This document shows, one piece after another, positions 51,180 to 60,582 of a DNA stretch of 64,000 nt (position 1 is its first letter; every line of letters starts with the position of its first letter). The notes beneath the pieces were generated by a model. It did not search any database and was not told where the DNA came from. It saw nothing but the letters and a program-made list of their open reading frames with translations. The translations under genes and the position numbers were made by a program. The DNA comes from Escherichia phage vB_EcoM_PhAPEC2. The stretch lies in the sequence record NC_024794.1. One strand, given 5' to 3'.

Positions 51180-54100
51180 ATGGCTACTTTAAAACAAATA
51201 CAATTTAAAAGAAGCAAAACTGCAGGAGCACGTCCTGCCGCTTCAGTATTAGCCGAAGGTGAATTGGCTATAAACTTAAAAGACCGTGTACTTTTTACTA
51301 AAGATGACCAAGGAAATATTATTGATCTGGGTTTTGCTAAAGGCGGTAGTATTGACGGGAATGTTATTCATACAGGCAATTATAACCAAACTGGCGATTA
51401 TACTTTAAATGGCACCTTCACTCAGACAGGTAATTTTAATTTAACCGGTATTGCTCGAGTAACTCGTGATATTATTGCCGCTGGGCAGATTATGACTGAA
51501 GGCGGAGAACTTATTACAAAAAGTTCAGGTACAGCGCATGTTCGTTTTTTCGATGGCAATAGTCGCGAACGTGGAATCATTTATGCCCCGGCTAATGATG
51601 GATTAACTACACAAGTACTTAATATCAGGGTTCAAGACTACGCCGCTGGTAGCGAAAGCACTTATGCATTTTCAGGCAGTGGCCTATTTACTTCACCTGA
51701 AGTATCAGCATGGAAATCTATGTCAACTCCTCAGATTTTGACTGACAAAGTCATTACAGACGGGAAGAAGACAGGCGATTATGATATCTATTCATTATCA
51801 AATAACACTCCAATGGCAGAAGGCGAAACGGCTATTAACCACCTCCGTGTTATGCGAAATGCTGTAGGAGCAGGTATTTTCCACGAAGTTAATGTTAATG
51901 ACGGAATAACCTGGTATTCCGGAGATGGACTTGACACTTATCTTTGGTCGTTTAACTGGGCCGGTGGATTGAAAGCCGGTCATTCTATTTCTGTAGGTCT
52001 TCCAGGTGGCCCCAAAGGATATTCTGAATTAGGAACGGCCTCAATTGTTCTTGGGGATAATGATACCGGGCTAAAATGGCATCAGGACGGATATTTCTAT
52101 ACAGTAAACAACGGAACAAAAACTTTCATCTATGGTCCAGGAGAAACGCAAAGCCTTAGAAAAATGGTTATGGCTTATTCTCCAGATGGGCTTCTTATGA
52201 CAACGCCGCCGACAGAAAACTATGCTTTGGCTACTGTTGTTACTTACCATGATAATAATGCGTATGGTGACGGTCAAACTCTTTTAGGATATTATCAAGG
52301 CGGTAACTATCATCATTATTTCCGCGGCAAGGGTACCACAAACATTAATACTCATGGCGGTTTGTTAGTTACTCCAGGTAATATTGATGTTATTGGCGGT
52401 TCTGTTAATATAGATGGTAGAAATAATTCTTCTACACTAATGTTTAGAGGCAACACAACAGGATACAGCTCGGTTGATAATATGGATATTAAAGTTTGGG
52501 GTAATACGTTTGTTGATCCAAGCGGAGGTATCCGTAAAAACATTATGGAAATTTCTGATGCAACTAGCTGGATGAGCTATATTCAAAGACTTACTACTGG
52601 CGAAGTAGAAATGAACGTTAATGGTTCATTTGAATCATCTGGTGTTACTGCTGGAGATAGAGGAGTTCACACAACAGGTGAAATTTCATCTGGAGCAGTG
52701 AATGCTCTTCGTATTTGGAACGCAGATTATGGAGCCATTTTTAGACGTTCAGAAGGAAGTCTTCATATTATTCCAACTGCTTATGGCGAAGGCAAAGATG
52801 GCGATATCGGTCCACTTCGCCCGTTTAGTATGGCTTTAGATACCGGTAAAGTTACTATTCCAGATTTACAATCAAGTTACAATACGTTCGCTGCGAACGG
52901 CTATATTAAATTTGTTGGCCATGGTGCAGGCGCAGGTGGATATGATATTCAATATGCCCAAGCGGCTCCTATTTTCCAAGAAATTGATGATGCTGAGGTA
53001 AGCAAATATTATCCTATTGTTAAGCAGAAATTTTTACAAGGAAAAGCAGTTTGGTCTTTAGGTACTGAAATTAATTCAGGTACATTCGTGATACACCATA
53101 TCAAAGAAGACGGGACTCAAGCTCATACATCAAGATTTAATGCTGACGGTACAGTTAATTTCCCTGATAATGTTCAGGTTGGTGGCGGTGAAGCTACTAT
53201 TGCTCGAAATGGTAATATCTTCTCCAACATTTGGAACGTATTTACCTCTGCTGGTGATATAACCAACATTCATGATGCCATTGCCTCCCGTGTGGCTAAA
53301 GAAGGCGACACGATGACAGGTAAGTTGAGTATTAATGCCCCAGACGATGCTTTAGTATTAAATGCTCCTAGTGCAACTAACTCATCTCATATTCGTTCGA
53401 CTGTCGCTGGAGCAAATAGCTGGTTCATAGGTAAAGGTGGAGTGTCAGACACCGTATCTTTTTATAACTATAAGTCCCAGACAGGTATAGATATATCAGC
53501 AGAAGGTAATATTTCATTTAACCCACAATCGGGTAACCTGGTCAGCATGAGCCAGAACCGTATGTATGTTAACGGCGAAAGATGGGTGGCCACAAACCAA
53601 GGTGCAATTAATGTGCAATACGGCGTTGAAGCTCCAGTATTTGTTAACTTAGGCGAGTTAAATGGTAACGTATACTATCCATTGATAAAGGGTCGAAGCT
53701 CTTCCACCGGATATGGTTACCTAAGTAGTGTTGAGCTTGGCCAATTACGTACAGGTGACAATAACTGGGGTATTGGTTGTATAATTGTTCGCTCGGCTGA
53801 AAATACACCAGAACAAGGACATCCGGCAGCAGTATACCAGTTTGACGCTAGAGGTAACTTTAGTGCTCCAGCCGGGGTTTATTCGAACGTTAATATGGGC
53901 ATTGGCACTATTCCTGTATGGGGTGGTCCATCTCTTGCAATCGGTGACAATGATACTGGATTTGTATGGGAAGCAGACGGTATTTTCAACGCATATGCAA
54001 ACGGCCAAGGTGTGTTTAGTTTTAGACCTGGTTTAGCTCAGACATTCGGTAATGTTAACTTCCACTGTAATGCAGGTATGTATGTTCGTGATAACATTGA

Positions 54101-54443
54101 TGTTAACGACGTTTATATTCGTTCTGATATTCGTTGTAAGTCGGAAATTAAGCTTATTAAGAACGCTCAAGAGAAATCTAAACTATTGGGCGGTTATACT
54201 TATCTGCTTAAAAACTCTGTTACAGACGAAGTTAAACCGTCCGCAGGTTTAATTGCTCAGGAAGTTCAAGAAGTATTACCTGAACTTGTTTCTGAAGATA
54301 AAGAGACCGGACTGCTTCGTTTGAACTATAACGGTATTATCGGTTTAAATACTGCTACTATCAACGAGCATACTGACGAAATCAAGGAATTGAAATCTGA
54401 AATTGCTGAATTGAAAGCATTAATTAAATCATTGATAAAATAA
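51180..54443 (+). CDS. 37: Long tail fibre distal subunit gp37 with C-terminal intramolecular chaperone-like domain
   Basis: 1087 aa; C-terminal ~110 aa (YIRSDIRCKSEIK ... LIAQEVQEVLPELV ... coiled coil) resembles the autoproteolytic chaperone domain of fibre/tailspike proteins. Confidence 0.9.
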   Translation: MATLKQIQFKRSKTAGARPAASVLAEGELAINLKDRVLFTKDDQGNIIDLGFAKGGSIDGNVIHTGNYNQTGDYTLNGTFTQTGNFNLTGIARVTRDIIAAGQIMTEGGELITKSSGTAHVRFFDGNSRERGIIYAPANDGLTTQVLNIRVQDYAAGSESTYAFSGSGLFTSPEVSAWKSMSTPQILTDKVITDGKKTGDYDIYSLSNNTPMAEGETAINHLRVMRNAVGAGIFHEVNVNDGITWYSGDGLDTYLWSFNWAGGLKAGHSISVGLPGGPKGYSELGTASIVLGDNDTGLKWHQDGYFYTVNNGTKTFIYGPGETQSLRKMVMAYSPDGLLMTTPPTENYALATVVTYHDNNAYGDGQTLLGYYQGGNYHHYFRGKGTTNINTHGGLLVTPGNIDVIGGSVNIDGRNNSSTLMFRGNTTGYSSVDNMDIKVWGNTFVDPSGGIRKNIMEISDATSWMSYIQRLTTGEVEMNVNGSFESSGVTAGDRGVHTTGEISSGAVNALRIWNADYGAIFRRSEGSLHIIPTAYGEGKDGDIGPLRPFSMALDTGKVTIPDLQSSYNTFAANGYIKFVGHGAGAGGYDIQYAQAAPIFQEIDDAEVSKYYPIVKQKFLQGKAVWSLGTEINSGTFVIHHIKEDGTQAHTSRFNADGTVNFPDNVQVGGGEATIARNGNIFSNIWNVFTSAGDITNIHDAIASRVAKEGDTMTGKLSINAPDDALVLNAPSATNSSHIRSTVAGANSWFIGKGGVSDTVSFYNYKSQTGIDISAEGNISFNPQSGNLVSMSQNRMYVNGERWVATNQGAINVQYGVEAPVFVNLGELNGNVYYPLIKGRSSSTGYGYLSSVELGQLRTGDNNWGIGCIIVRSAENTPEQGHPAAVYQFDARGNFSAPAGVYSNVNMGIGTIPVWGGPSLAIGDNDTGFVWEADGIFNAYANGQGVFSFRPGLAQTFGNVNFHCNAGMYVRDNIDVNDVYIRSDIRCKSEIKLIKNAQEKSKLLGGYTYLLKNSVTDEVKPSAGLIAQEVQEVLPELVSEDKETGLLRLNYNGIIGLNTATINEHTDEIKELKSEIAELKALIKSLIK

Positions 54444-54448
54444 TAAAA

Positions 54449-54462
54449 GGGCCTTCGGGCCC
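54449..54462 (+). other. Intercistronic UUCG hairpin between genes 37 and 38 (no U-tract)
   Basis: GGGCC-TTCG-GGCCC immediately followed by GGAGG SD of gene 38. Confidence 0.5.
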
Positions 54463-54473
54463 TGGAGGTTTAT

Positions 54474-55262
54474 ATGGCAGTAGTAGGAATCCCTGGTTGG
54501 ATTGGGACCTCAGCCGTTGCTGAAACGGGTCAAAGATGGATGACGGCTGCTTCAAGGGAACTTCGTTTAGGAAACCCTTCATGGATGTCCCAATTCGCGG
54601 GCCGTTCAAGAGAAATAATTCATACACTCGGTGCAGACCATAACTTTAACGGACAATGGTTCCGTGACCGTTGCTTTGAAGCTGGCGGCGCTCCTATAGT
54701 GTTTAATATCACTGGAGATTTAGTATCATATTCTAAAGATGTTCCATTGTTCTTTATGTACGGTGATACTCCTAATGAATATGTTACTTTGAATATTCAT
54801 GGTGGTGTTCATATGTGGGGACGTGGCGGTAATGGCGGGACCCGTGTTTGGGTAGCAGGTACAAATGGGGGCGATGTAATTCAAAACGACATTGGAGGCA
54901 GACTCCGTATTTGGAACTATGGTGTTATAGCTTCAGGTGGTGGCGGCGGCGCCGGATGTGCTTCAAATAACTCTTGGGTTGCAGCGGGTACGGCAGGCGG
55001 CGGTGGTGGCAGACCATTTGGATTAGGCGGTACTAATGGCGCAGTAATGCCAGGTGGCGACGCTAGTTATACCAGCCCTGGTGGTGGCGGTAGCTTTGCC
55101 GGTCAGTGGGGCGGCGGCGGTGGCGGTGATGCTGGTGGTGGCGGTGGTGGCGCTTACGGTCGAAACGTTACATACGGCTCGCCGGGCGCTGCTGGCAGAG
55201 CAGTATTCGGAAGTTCACCGACATGGGGTGCTACAGGCACAATCTACGGCTCCTGGATTTAA
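54474..55262 (+). CDS. 38: Tail fibre adhesin gp38, glycine-rich (T2-type)
   Basis: 262 aa; several poly-Gly motifs ([28 protein letters not shown]) separated by variable segments; GGAGG SD. Confidence 0.85.
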   Translation: MAVVGIPGWIGTSAVAETGQRWMTAASRELRLGNPSWMSQFAGRSREIIHTLGADHNFNGQWFRDRCFEAGGAPIVFNITGDLVSYSKDVPLFFMYGDTPNEYVTLNIHGGVHMWGRGGNGGTRVWVAGTNGGDVIQNDIGGRLRIWNYGVIASGGGGGAGCASNNSWVAAGTAGGGGGRPFGLGGTNGAVMPGGDASYTSPGGGGSFAGQWGGGGGGDAGGGGGGAYGRNVTYGSPGAAGRAVFGSSPTWGATGTIYGSWI

Positions 55263-55280
55263 ACGATAATACCTCTCAAT

Positions 55281-55288
55281 TATAAATA
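55281..55288 (+). promoter_or_regulatory. Late promoter TATAAATA upstream of holin t
   Basis: Exact TATAAATA 20 nt upstream of t ATG. Confidence 0.7.
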
Positions 55289-55307
55289 TTGATAAATGGG
55301 AGGTAAT

Positions 55308-55967
55308 ATGGCAGCACCAAAAGTATCATTTTCGCCTAGTGATATTTTATTTGGGTTGCTAGACCGCATTTTCAAAGATAACGCCACTGGAAATATTCTT
55401 ATTTCAAGAGTTGCTGTTGTAGTTCTTTTGTTCCTAATGGCACTAATATGGTACAAAGGGAATATTTTTATGGATTATTACGTGAGGTCGAAATATGATA
55501 CTTACACAGAAGTAATTCAAAAAGAAAGAAATACACGATTTGAATCTGCGGCTTTAGAACAACTACAAATAGTCCACGTCACATCAAGGGCGGATTTTAG
55601 TTCGGTGTATTCTTTCAGACCTAAAAATCTAAATTATTTCGTCGACCTTATTGCGTATGAAGGTAAGTTACCTAGCACAGTAACTGAAAAATCTATGGGA
55701 GGATTTCCTGTTGATAAAACGACAGCAGAATATTCGGTCCATTTAAGTGGACTTCACTTTACTTCTAAAACAGATTTTGCTTTCTTACCTACCAAATCAA
55801 AAACTCCGGAACTGGCGTATATGTATAGTTGTCCTTACTTCAATTTGGATAACATATATGCGGGAACTGTTTCTATGTATTGGTATAAGGGGTCGGATGT
55901 GTTAAATGAAGAACGCTTGGCTGCAATATGCAACCAAGCAGCAAGGATATTAGGGCGGGCTAAATAA
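55308..55967 (+). CDS. t: Holin T
   Basis: Start at MAAPKVSFSPSDILFG with GGGAGG SD; single N-terminal TM helix and large periplasmic domain; matches T4 T as recalled; late promoter at 55281. Confidence 0.9.
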   Translation: MAAPKVSFSPSDILFGLLDRIFKDNATGNILISRVAVVVLLFLMALIWYKGNIFMDYYVRSKYDTYTEVIQKERNTRFESAALEQLQIVHVTSRADFSSVYSFRPKNLNYFVDLIAYEGKLPSTVTEKSMGGFPVDKTTAEYSVHLSGLHFTSKTDFAFLPTKSKTPELAYMYSCPYFNLDNIYAGTVSMYWYKGSDVLNEERLAAICNQAARILGRAK

Positions 55968-56240
55968 TTAGTTGTTAGAATACATCGTCAAATGGCGATA
56001 AATATTTTCAAAACCTTCATTGAATTCACTAATCAGTGTTTTCTTTTCTTCGGCAGTTAAATTTGTAATTAGTTTTCTGAACGAATTCTGATTTAGCTGC
56101 CGACCATCTTTTTTAATTCCAATCTCATTCAAGAATCCTATGAAATTTGCTCGGTCTTCAACAATATCTTCCCTAGAGAATTTAATCAAAATAGAAGCAA
56201 CAGTAATAATTTCACGTACAATTTCAATATCTTTATTCAT
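55968..56240 (-). CDS. asiA: Anti-sigma70 factor AsiA
   Basis: 90 aa, same as T4 AsiA; N-terminus MNKDIEIVREIITVASILIKFSREDIVE matches as recalled. Confidence 0.85.
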   Translation of the reverse strand: MNKDIEIVREIITVASILIKFSREDIVEDRANFIGFLNEIGIKKDGRQLNQNSFRKLITNLTAEEKKTLISEFNEGFENIYRHLTMYSNN

Positions 56241-56286
56241 AACGTTTTATTCATTCCATTTGGTTGATACGAGTATAGTACCATTA

Positions 56287-56448
56287 TCAGTGTTGATTGT
56301 AAACAGCTTTTTCTACACTTTTAACGTAATCAGTGTAGTCTTCCTGTTCATACGAGTGTAAGGCCAAGAATGTGGCTAATAGTTCATTATAGACTAAAGC
56401 CTCACGCTCACGTTCTGCCTCTACTACGTTCTGAAGATTATGGCTCAT
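56287..56448 (-). CDS. Hypothetical small protein (53 aa from internal Met)
   Basis: AAGGAA SD 4 nt upstream of internal ATG; the longer 71-aa frame would overlap the upstream ORF. Confidence 0.35.
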   Translation of the reverse strand: MSHNLQNVVEAEREREALVYNELLATFLALHSYEQEDYTDYVKSVEKAVYNQH

Positions 56449-56449
56449 A

Positions 56450-56737
56450 TCATTCCTTATAACTATCAATGTAGTCCTGTATGTCAAAGAATGACATTTC
56501 ATATTCTAGGACATTAAGAGCCCGTTCTTCAGTATAGTCAGAACCAAATACGATAGTGATTTCACCAGGCTTCATATGATTGAAATCGACACTAAAAGGA
56601 ATACGAGAACATACTTCGTCTGCCATATCTGCAACAACACTACGATACACTTCTCGGTTAACCTGATAAAGCTCTGCGAGTTCTTCGCAACGAATAACAA
56701 GTTCAGTGGCAGGATTTTCTTTGATTTTAGTAAGCAT
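56450..56737 (-). CDS. Hypothetical acidic protein (95 aa), possibly Arn-like
   Basis: About 20 D/E vs about 9 K/R; located where T4 encodes the acidic anti-restriction protein Arn; no sequence confirmation. Confidence 0.4.
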   Translation of the reverse strand: MLTKIKENPATELVIRCEELAELYQVNREVYRSVVADMADEVCSRIPFSVDFNHMKPGEITIVFGSDYTEERALNVLEYEMSFFDIQDYIDSYKE

Positions 56738-56811
56738 AGTCTTTACCCTTATGTTTTTGTTTGCGTTTAGATTGAAGATCTGATTTCTTCTTGTCCTTAT
56801 GGACAGAAGCC

Positions 56812-57036
56812 TTATTGAAATCGTGTTTTGCTACAAGATTGTTCATAATGATTTATAACCTCATTTAAACATTTATCGGTAAAAGAAAACTTTTTAGCCA
56901 CAGAACATTCGATAATGTGCTCTTTCAAATCTTTAGAGTCGGTATAACCCATCTCAGTAATAAAGTGGCGAATTAAAGCTTTATTCTTATCATTAACAGA
57001 ATTAAAATAATCTGCTTTAGAATCAATTATTCTCAT
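56812..57036 (-). CDS. Hypothetical protein (74 aa)
   Basis: ORF in asiA-motA cluster. Confidence 0.4.
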   Translation of the reverse strand: MRIIDSKADYFNSVNDKNKALIRHFITEMGYTDSKDLKEHIIECSVAKKFSFTDKCLNEVINHYEQSCSKTRFQ

Positions 57037-57304
57037 CGTCTAATTTCCTTAATTGATATTGCAACGAGCTAATAATTTCTTCGTTCATTTTAATATACAT
57101 GTCACGCAAGAAAGGTTTTAACCCTTCACGAATAATTGCTAATGTATCACCTTTACATAGATTGACCAAATAAGGATGATCTAAAGCATCCCAACCCGGC
57201 TGATTAGCATACATGCCATAGTTTTCTTCCATCATATGATTAAGACGTTTGATATCTTGGATACGTGATTCAATAGCATCTTTCTGGAGTTGTTTAATAT
57301 TCAT
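57023..57304 (-). CDS. Hypothetical protein (93 aa)
   Basis: ORF in asiA-motA cluster. Confidence 0.4.
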   Translation of the reverse strand: MNIKQLQKDAIESRIQDIKRLNHMMEENYGMYANQPGWDALDHPYLVNLCKGDTLAIIREGLKPFLRDMYIKMNEEIISSLQYQLRKLDDENN

Positions 57305-57552
57305 TAATAAAGGTCCTCTGAATAAAGTTCTTTCTCACTTCCGCCACGTTCAATACGTACCTGACCAGCATATGTTGCAATAATCATTGCTTCTTCACGC
57401 GTCCAGTAATTAGAGTATTGGTCAATAAAGCCTTGGTCGTCGCCACAAACTTGTTGTGAGACTAATTGAGGACCAACTATATCAAGTACTTCAGCCATAT
57501 CTTTAGAGTAATGACGAACTCCAGGAATAACCAGAGTTCCGCCGCTCTTCAA
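57304..57552 (-). CDS. Hypothetical protein (82 aa)
   Basis: ORF in asiA-motA cluster. Confidence 0.4.
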   Translation of the reverse strand: MKSGGTLVIPGVRHYSKDMAEVLDIVGPQLVSQQVCGDDQGFIDQYSNYWTREEAMIIATYAGQVRIERGGSEKELYSEDLY

Positions 57553-57575
57553 TTTAAACCTATTAGCTGCACATA

Positions 57576-57767
57576 CTATAACACACGTTGAACTTTTTGG
57601 TCATTGTTCCAATAGCACGTTTGCCAACAGATTTCAGGAACTTCATTCATTATATCGTCAGCAGAATAATTATAACCGTAGGACTGGAATTTTTCTGCTA
57701 GACTTTCAGGAGTCTCACGAGACAAGGCCAAATCTAATAGCTCTAAACGTTCTTTAAATGATTTCAT
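57576..57767 (-). CDS. Hypothetical acidic protein (63 aa)
   Basis: ORF in asiA-motA cluster. Confidence 0.4.
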   Translation of the reverse strand: MKSFKERLELLDLALSRETPESLAEKFQSYGYNYSADDIMNEVPEICWQTCYWNNDQKVQRVL

Positions 57768-58108
57768 TTAAACCATTCCTTAATACGTTGCCAAATAGAT
57801 TTTTGTGCTTGTTTATTTACACCAATCGAACGAATAACCGGTTGTGACTGCTGATATTCTTTATAATCTTCTTTATAGATTTCGTAAGCTGCATCAACAA
57901 ATGAACTGATCGCTGCCATGTAGTTTTTACGTACACCACCAGGAGCTACTCCATTAGGGAATTCAGAATTTTCGCGAATAATTAAATATAACCCAGCTCT
58001 AACTTTAACGATAGTTCCAAGATAAGCCCCGTGGTACCAAATATCCCATCCTTCCTGAGTAGGTTCTGCACATTTACGAAGTTCGTTAATAATATTCAGC
58101 TTATTCAT
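57764..58108 (-). CDS. Hypothetical protein (114 aa)
   Basis: ORF immediately downstream of motA. Confidence 0.45.
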   Translation of the reverse strand: MNKLNIINELRKCAEPTQEGWDIWYHGAYLGTIVKVRAGLYLIIRENSEFPNGVAPGGVRKNYMAAISSFVDAAYEIYKEDYKEYQQSQPVIRSIGVNKQAQKSIWQRIKEWFK

Positions 58109-58118
58109 TATGTATTCC

Positions 58119-58751
58119 TCACAGTACGTTAGTTACAAGGGTAATGATTTCTTTGGACACATTAGGGAAGTCAATGTAAGTATATTTACCACCGATCTTA
58201 ATCTTAACATCATTTTCAAGAGAAGTAAACAGCTTTGATTCAGTTTCTGACATGTTGTATGCAAAGATTCTAAGAGCGCCGTCTCGACGAATTTCGATCT
58301 GACGAATACCTAGAACTCGTTTTGCAAATCGAACTTCCAAGTTACTACGGTTTTCACCAATTTCTTTAACTTCAACTTTATCTTTAATATTTTCAAAAAC
58401 AAAGTTTGCTAGTTCATGCATTTCAGGAGTAACTCCACGTGCTTTTCTAGTGTTACGTTTCTGAAGAAGTTCTGGAGCATTTTCTTGGGCAAAGAGGTCT
58501 GCAGCTTTTTGGATAATATCCATTGCTTCACCAGTTGCCACAAGTCCATCACCAGATTTTTCGACTAAACCTTTCTTAATCAATACACCAATGTTAGAGT
58601 TAACAACCGATGCATTGTATTCCGCTTCTAGAGCTTCACGGACATTGGCAGCAGTGGTGAAGTTGTTCTTAATGATATAAACCATTATTGCAGCAGTTTT
58701 TTCATTCAGAGCGTTTTCAGAAGCTTTGATGATGTAAGTAACTTTAGACAT
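58119..58751 (-). CDS. motA: Middle transcription activator MotA
   Basis: 210 aa (T4 MotA 211 aa); sequence matches as recalled; early promoter upstream. Confidence 0.85.
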   Translation of the reverse strand: MSKVTYIIKASENALNEKTAAIMVYIIKNNFTTAANVREALEAEYNASVVNSNIGVLIKKGLVEKSGDGLVATGEAMDIIQKAADLFAQENAPELLQKRNTRKARGVTPEMHELANFVFENIKDKVEVKEIGENRSNLEVRFAKRVLGIRQIEIRRDGALRIFAYNMSETESKLFTSLENDVKIKIGGKYTYIDFPNVSKEIITLVTNVL

Positions 58752-58808
58752 TTTATTTCTCCAAATTAGTATTTGTTTTGATAGGTCTATAATATCATGT
58801 TTGAAGCA
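58744..58808 (-). repeat. Promoter/leader cassette copy A (upstream of and including the motA start codon)
   Basis: Shares 21-nt and 33-nt identical blocks with 59065-59129 (TTAGACATTTTATTTCTCCAA ... TTTTGATAGGTCTATAATATCATGTTTGAAGCA). Confidence 0.7.
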
Positions 58809-58817
58809 AAAGTAAAC
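58789..58817 (-). promoter_or_regulatory. Early promoter upstream of motA
   Basis: Minus strand GTTTAC-N17-TATTAT; part of a duplicated cassette. Confidence 0.55.
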
Positions 58818-58855
58818 TTTATTTTGGGCTCTTTTTCCAAAAGCCCTGGTAAAAT

Positions 58856-59071
58856 TTACAAACTCATTTCTTTAATAAGGTCAATAAGTTTTGCCTTTTT
58901 AGAACGAAGCTTTTCTAAATGATGACCATTTGAACCGCGAACCACTAAAGAATTGATTTCAACTTCTAAGAAATTTAATTCTTCGACAAGTGCTTTACGG
59001 GGAGCATTCATACCAGGTTTAACTTTACCGAAACGAGTAGTTGTGTTTTGGGTTAATTTCATTTTAGACAT
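58856..59071 (-). CDS. Hypothetical basic protein (71 aa)
   Basis: ORF sharing a duplicated promoter/leader/start (MSK...) cassette with motA. Confidence 0.5.
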   Translation of the reverse strand: MSKMKLTQNTTTRFGKVKPGMNAPRKALVEELNFLEVEINSLVVRGSNGHHLEKLRSKKAKLIDLIKEMSL

Positions 59072-59129
59072 TTTATTTCTCCAATTTGGTTGTTTTGTTT
59101 TGATAGGTCTATAATATCATGTTTGAAGC
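59065..59129 (-). repeat. Promoter/leader cassette copy B (upstream of and including start of ORF 58856..59071)
   Basis: Direct repeat of cassette A about 320 bp away; both genes begin ATG TCT AAA. Confidence 0.7.
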
Positions 59130-59139
59130 ACGTGTAAAC
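59111..59139 (-). promoter_or_regulatory. Early promoter upstream of ORF 58856..59071
   Basis: Minus strand GTTTAC-N17-TATTAT; near-identical to the motA promoter. Confidence 0.55.
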
Positions 59140-59164
59140 TGTTTTGTGAGAAAAATGCACAAAA

Positions 59165-59180
59165 GGGAGCTTCGGCTCCC
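59165..59180. other. Tetraloop hairpin between gene 52 and upstream ORF; loop is UUCG on plus strand
   Basis: GGGAGC-TTCG-GCTCCC; orientation is the exception to the pattern of UUCG on the transcribed strand. Confidence 0.4.
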
Positions 59181-59256
59181 TAATCATGTTTATCCAACCA
59201 ATACAGCCAAATCACTAGTGCAGCTATTGCACCGAGAAATCCTAAGGCTAGGGCAC

Positions 59257-60582
59257 TCAAAGCGCCTCCAAGTCTTTAGTGTACTCTGTCACAACATCAG
59301 TAGACTTCCAATACTCATTTTCTTCTTTCTTAGCTTTAGCTTCTTCTGCTAGTTTACGTGCTTCATCGGAAGTGATATGGAAGATGTTAAGACCTACCAG
59401 TTTATCGACATGTTCTTTATACATTTTTATTTGTGCTAGCTCTTCAGTCAAAGCTTTACGAGTCTTGCCCTGAATCACAATTTCGCCACTGATAACTTTT
59501 TTGATGAAGTGTGCCTTAGCAAAAGCAAGTTTAAATGCTTTTTCAGATTCAAGGATTTTGTTGTCAATACGTTTCTGAACGTAAGTCTTACGGACTTCAA
59601 CAAAATCTTTGATTAAGTCCACTACGTTGTCGTAGACCGCTAATTTACCCTTTTCATTAATCACTGTGATGTTTTGTGAACGACGTTCGATGAGACTAAA
59701 ATCTTTCATGATTTTTTCATGACGTAGCTCTTCATCATCAGGAAGCGAGTACTCTTTACGGAACTTCACCTTAAACCCAAAGCCATGTTCACCGCAATCA
59801 TCTTCCCATGAGATTAGACCTTTGTCTTCCAACGGGTCGAGAACCTTACTCACATACGTTTCACGGTCGAATTTATATGGGATTTCAGTTATCTGCATTT
59901 GAGTGCGAGATGTGAACTTATATGTTCCGTGAATCTCATAACGCCCATCAACTTCATGTACTTCACCACGGAATTCTGGGAATTCAACTTTTGGCTTAGT
60001 GACATTTTTACCTTGAAGAGCTTGTAATACAGCCTTTTTAACTGATTTAAAACTATGAGGCAGAATATTTGTTGCGTAACCGGTTGCAATACCAGAGACA
60101 CCATTCAAAAGAACTGTCGGAATAATAGGAAGATAGAATTTTGGTGGAATGTGTTCTTTATCTTCATGAGCTGGAGCATATTCAGTATCTTTATATACGT
60201 TATAGAAATTTTTACTTACACGAGCAAAAATATAACGAGATGCTGCAGCCTTTTGGACTGTTCTAGAGCCAAAGTTACCTTGACCATCTAACAGTGGATA
60301 GTTGTTGTTCCATGTGTTAGCCATCAATGCACCTGCATCTTGTGCAGAGGATTCACCATGGTGATAACCTAAATCTGCAACACCTCCTGCAATTGACGCA
60401 AGTTTATGAAATTTTTCTTTATTACCACGAGCCAAATCTAACGCACGATGAACCACAAAACGTTGAACCGGCTTAAATCCATCAATCATGTTTGGGATTG
60501 CACGGTTTTCAACGGTGTACATCGCATATGCTAAGGCTTCGTTATCAATAATACTTTTTAGATTACGAGAATTCAATTGCAT
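59257..60582 (-). CDS. 52: DNA topoisomerase II medium subunit gp52
   Basis: 441 aa (T4 gp52 442 aa); GyrA-like N-terminal region; matches as recalled. Confidence 0.9.
   Translation of the reverse strand: MQLNSRNLKSIIDNEALAYAMYTVENRAIPNMIDGFKPVQRFVVHRALDLARGNKEKFHKLASIAGGVADLGYHHGESSAQDAGALMANTWNNNYPLLDGQGNFGSRTVQKAAASRYIFARVSKNFYNVYKDTEYAPAHEDKEHIPPKFYLPIIPTVLLNGVSGIATGYATNILPHSFKSVKKAVLQALQGKNVTKPKVEFPEFRGEVHEVDGRYEIHGTYKFTSRTQMQITEIPYKFDRETYVSKVLDPLEDKGLISWEDDCGEHGFGFKVKFRKEYSLPDDEELRHEKIMKDFSLIERRSQNITVINEKGKLAVYDNVVDLIKDFVEVRKTYVQKRIDNKILESEKAFKLAFAKAHFIKKVISGEIVIQGKTRKALTEELAQIKMYKEHVDKLVGLNIFHITSDEARKLAEEAKAKKEENEYWKSTDVVTEYTKDLEAL

Noticed and set aside
59119-59352. 77-aa plus-strand ORF overlapping the gene 52 3-prime end
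   Set aside because: Opposite strand to the entire early cluster; begins in a promoter/terminator region; no SD.
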